A DNA stretch of 6,250 bases, taken from Vitrella brassicaformis CCMP3155 (Eukaryota; Protista; Chromerida). Location of the stretch: positions 1-6,250 of the forward strand of contig CDMY01001014.1 in the NCBI GenBank assembly GCA_001179505.1. Reading direction: 5' to 3'. Position numbers and translations under genes: made by a program. The notes below the pieces were generated by a model that did not search any database, was not told the origin of the DNA, and saw only the letters and a list, made by a program, of their open reading frames with translations. Of the stretch, positions 6,101 through 6,250 are shown piece by piece. Every line of letters begins with the position of its first letter. Positions within the stretch are counted from its first letter, which is position 1.

Positions 6101-6250
6101 CCTTCTGGCTGCTTCTCGCTTCGTGTGTGGCCTCTCTCTGTGTGAGCCTCTCTGGTGCTCTTGTGATTTCGGAGAGAGCATGCGCCGTTAGCGGCCTCAG
6201 CATCTCTCTAAGCTCGCAGAAGCTCGCACCTCTGATTTTGAGGGCTTTTT
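6101..6250. repeat. Third, more diverged partial copy of the repeated element, truncated by the window end
   Basis: CCTTCTGGCTGCT..GTGTGTGGCCT..GTGAGCCTCTCTG..CTCTAAGCTCGCA..TCTGATTTTGAGGGCTT matches 4902-5048, and 2367-2471 up to TCTAAGCTCGCA. Confidence 0.8.

Overview
GC-rich eukaryotic genomic DNA dense in microsatellites, with short GT-AG introns and a 300-N gap (2910-3209). The (CA)n/(GACA)n/(CCCT)n-filled introns and TTTAGGG-type repeats suggest a chromerid-like alveolate such as Vitrella, but this is inference from sequence style only. I built two minus-strand spliced gene models by hand, and the ORF track shows neither correctly. Gene A (1601-935, 2 exons, ~182 aa) is an orphan single-pass membrane protein. 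Gene B (4475-3648, 5 exons) is a globular orphan whose last exon seems broken by a 4-bp tandem duplication. The two genes share a duplicated 5' block (1529-2626 vs 4406-5208) containing the upstream region, a homologous first exon (MDQYTVVEKLSPSHLTAS vs MDPNSVNEKISPPHLTQ) and the first donor site. Their downstream exons show no convincing similarity, which suggests promoter or first-exon capture. The block carries inverted telomere-repeat motifs, and a third partial copy runs off the right end. A decayed plus-strand coding-like tract lies at ~5637-6066. No protein family, RNA gene, CRISPR array or autonomous transposon is recognisable.
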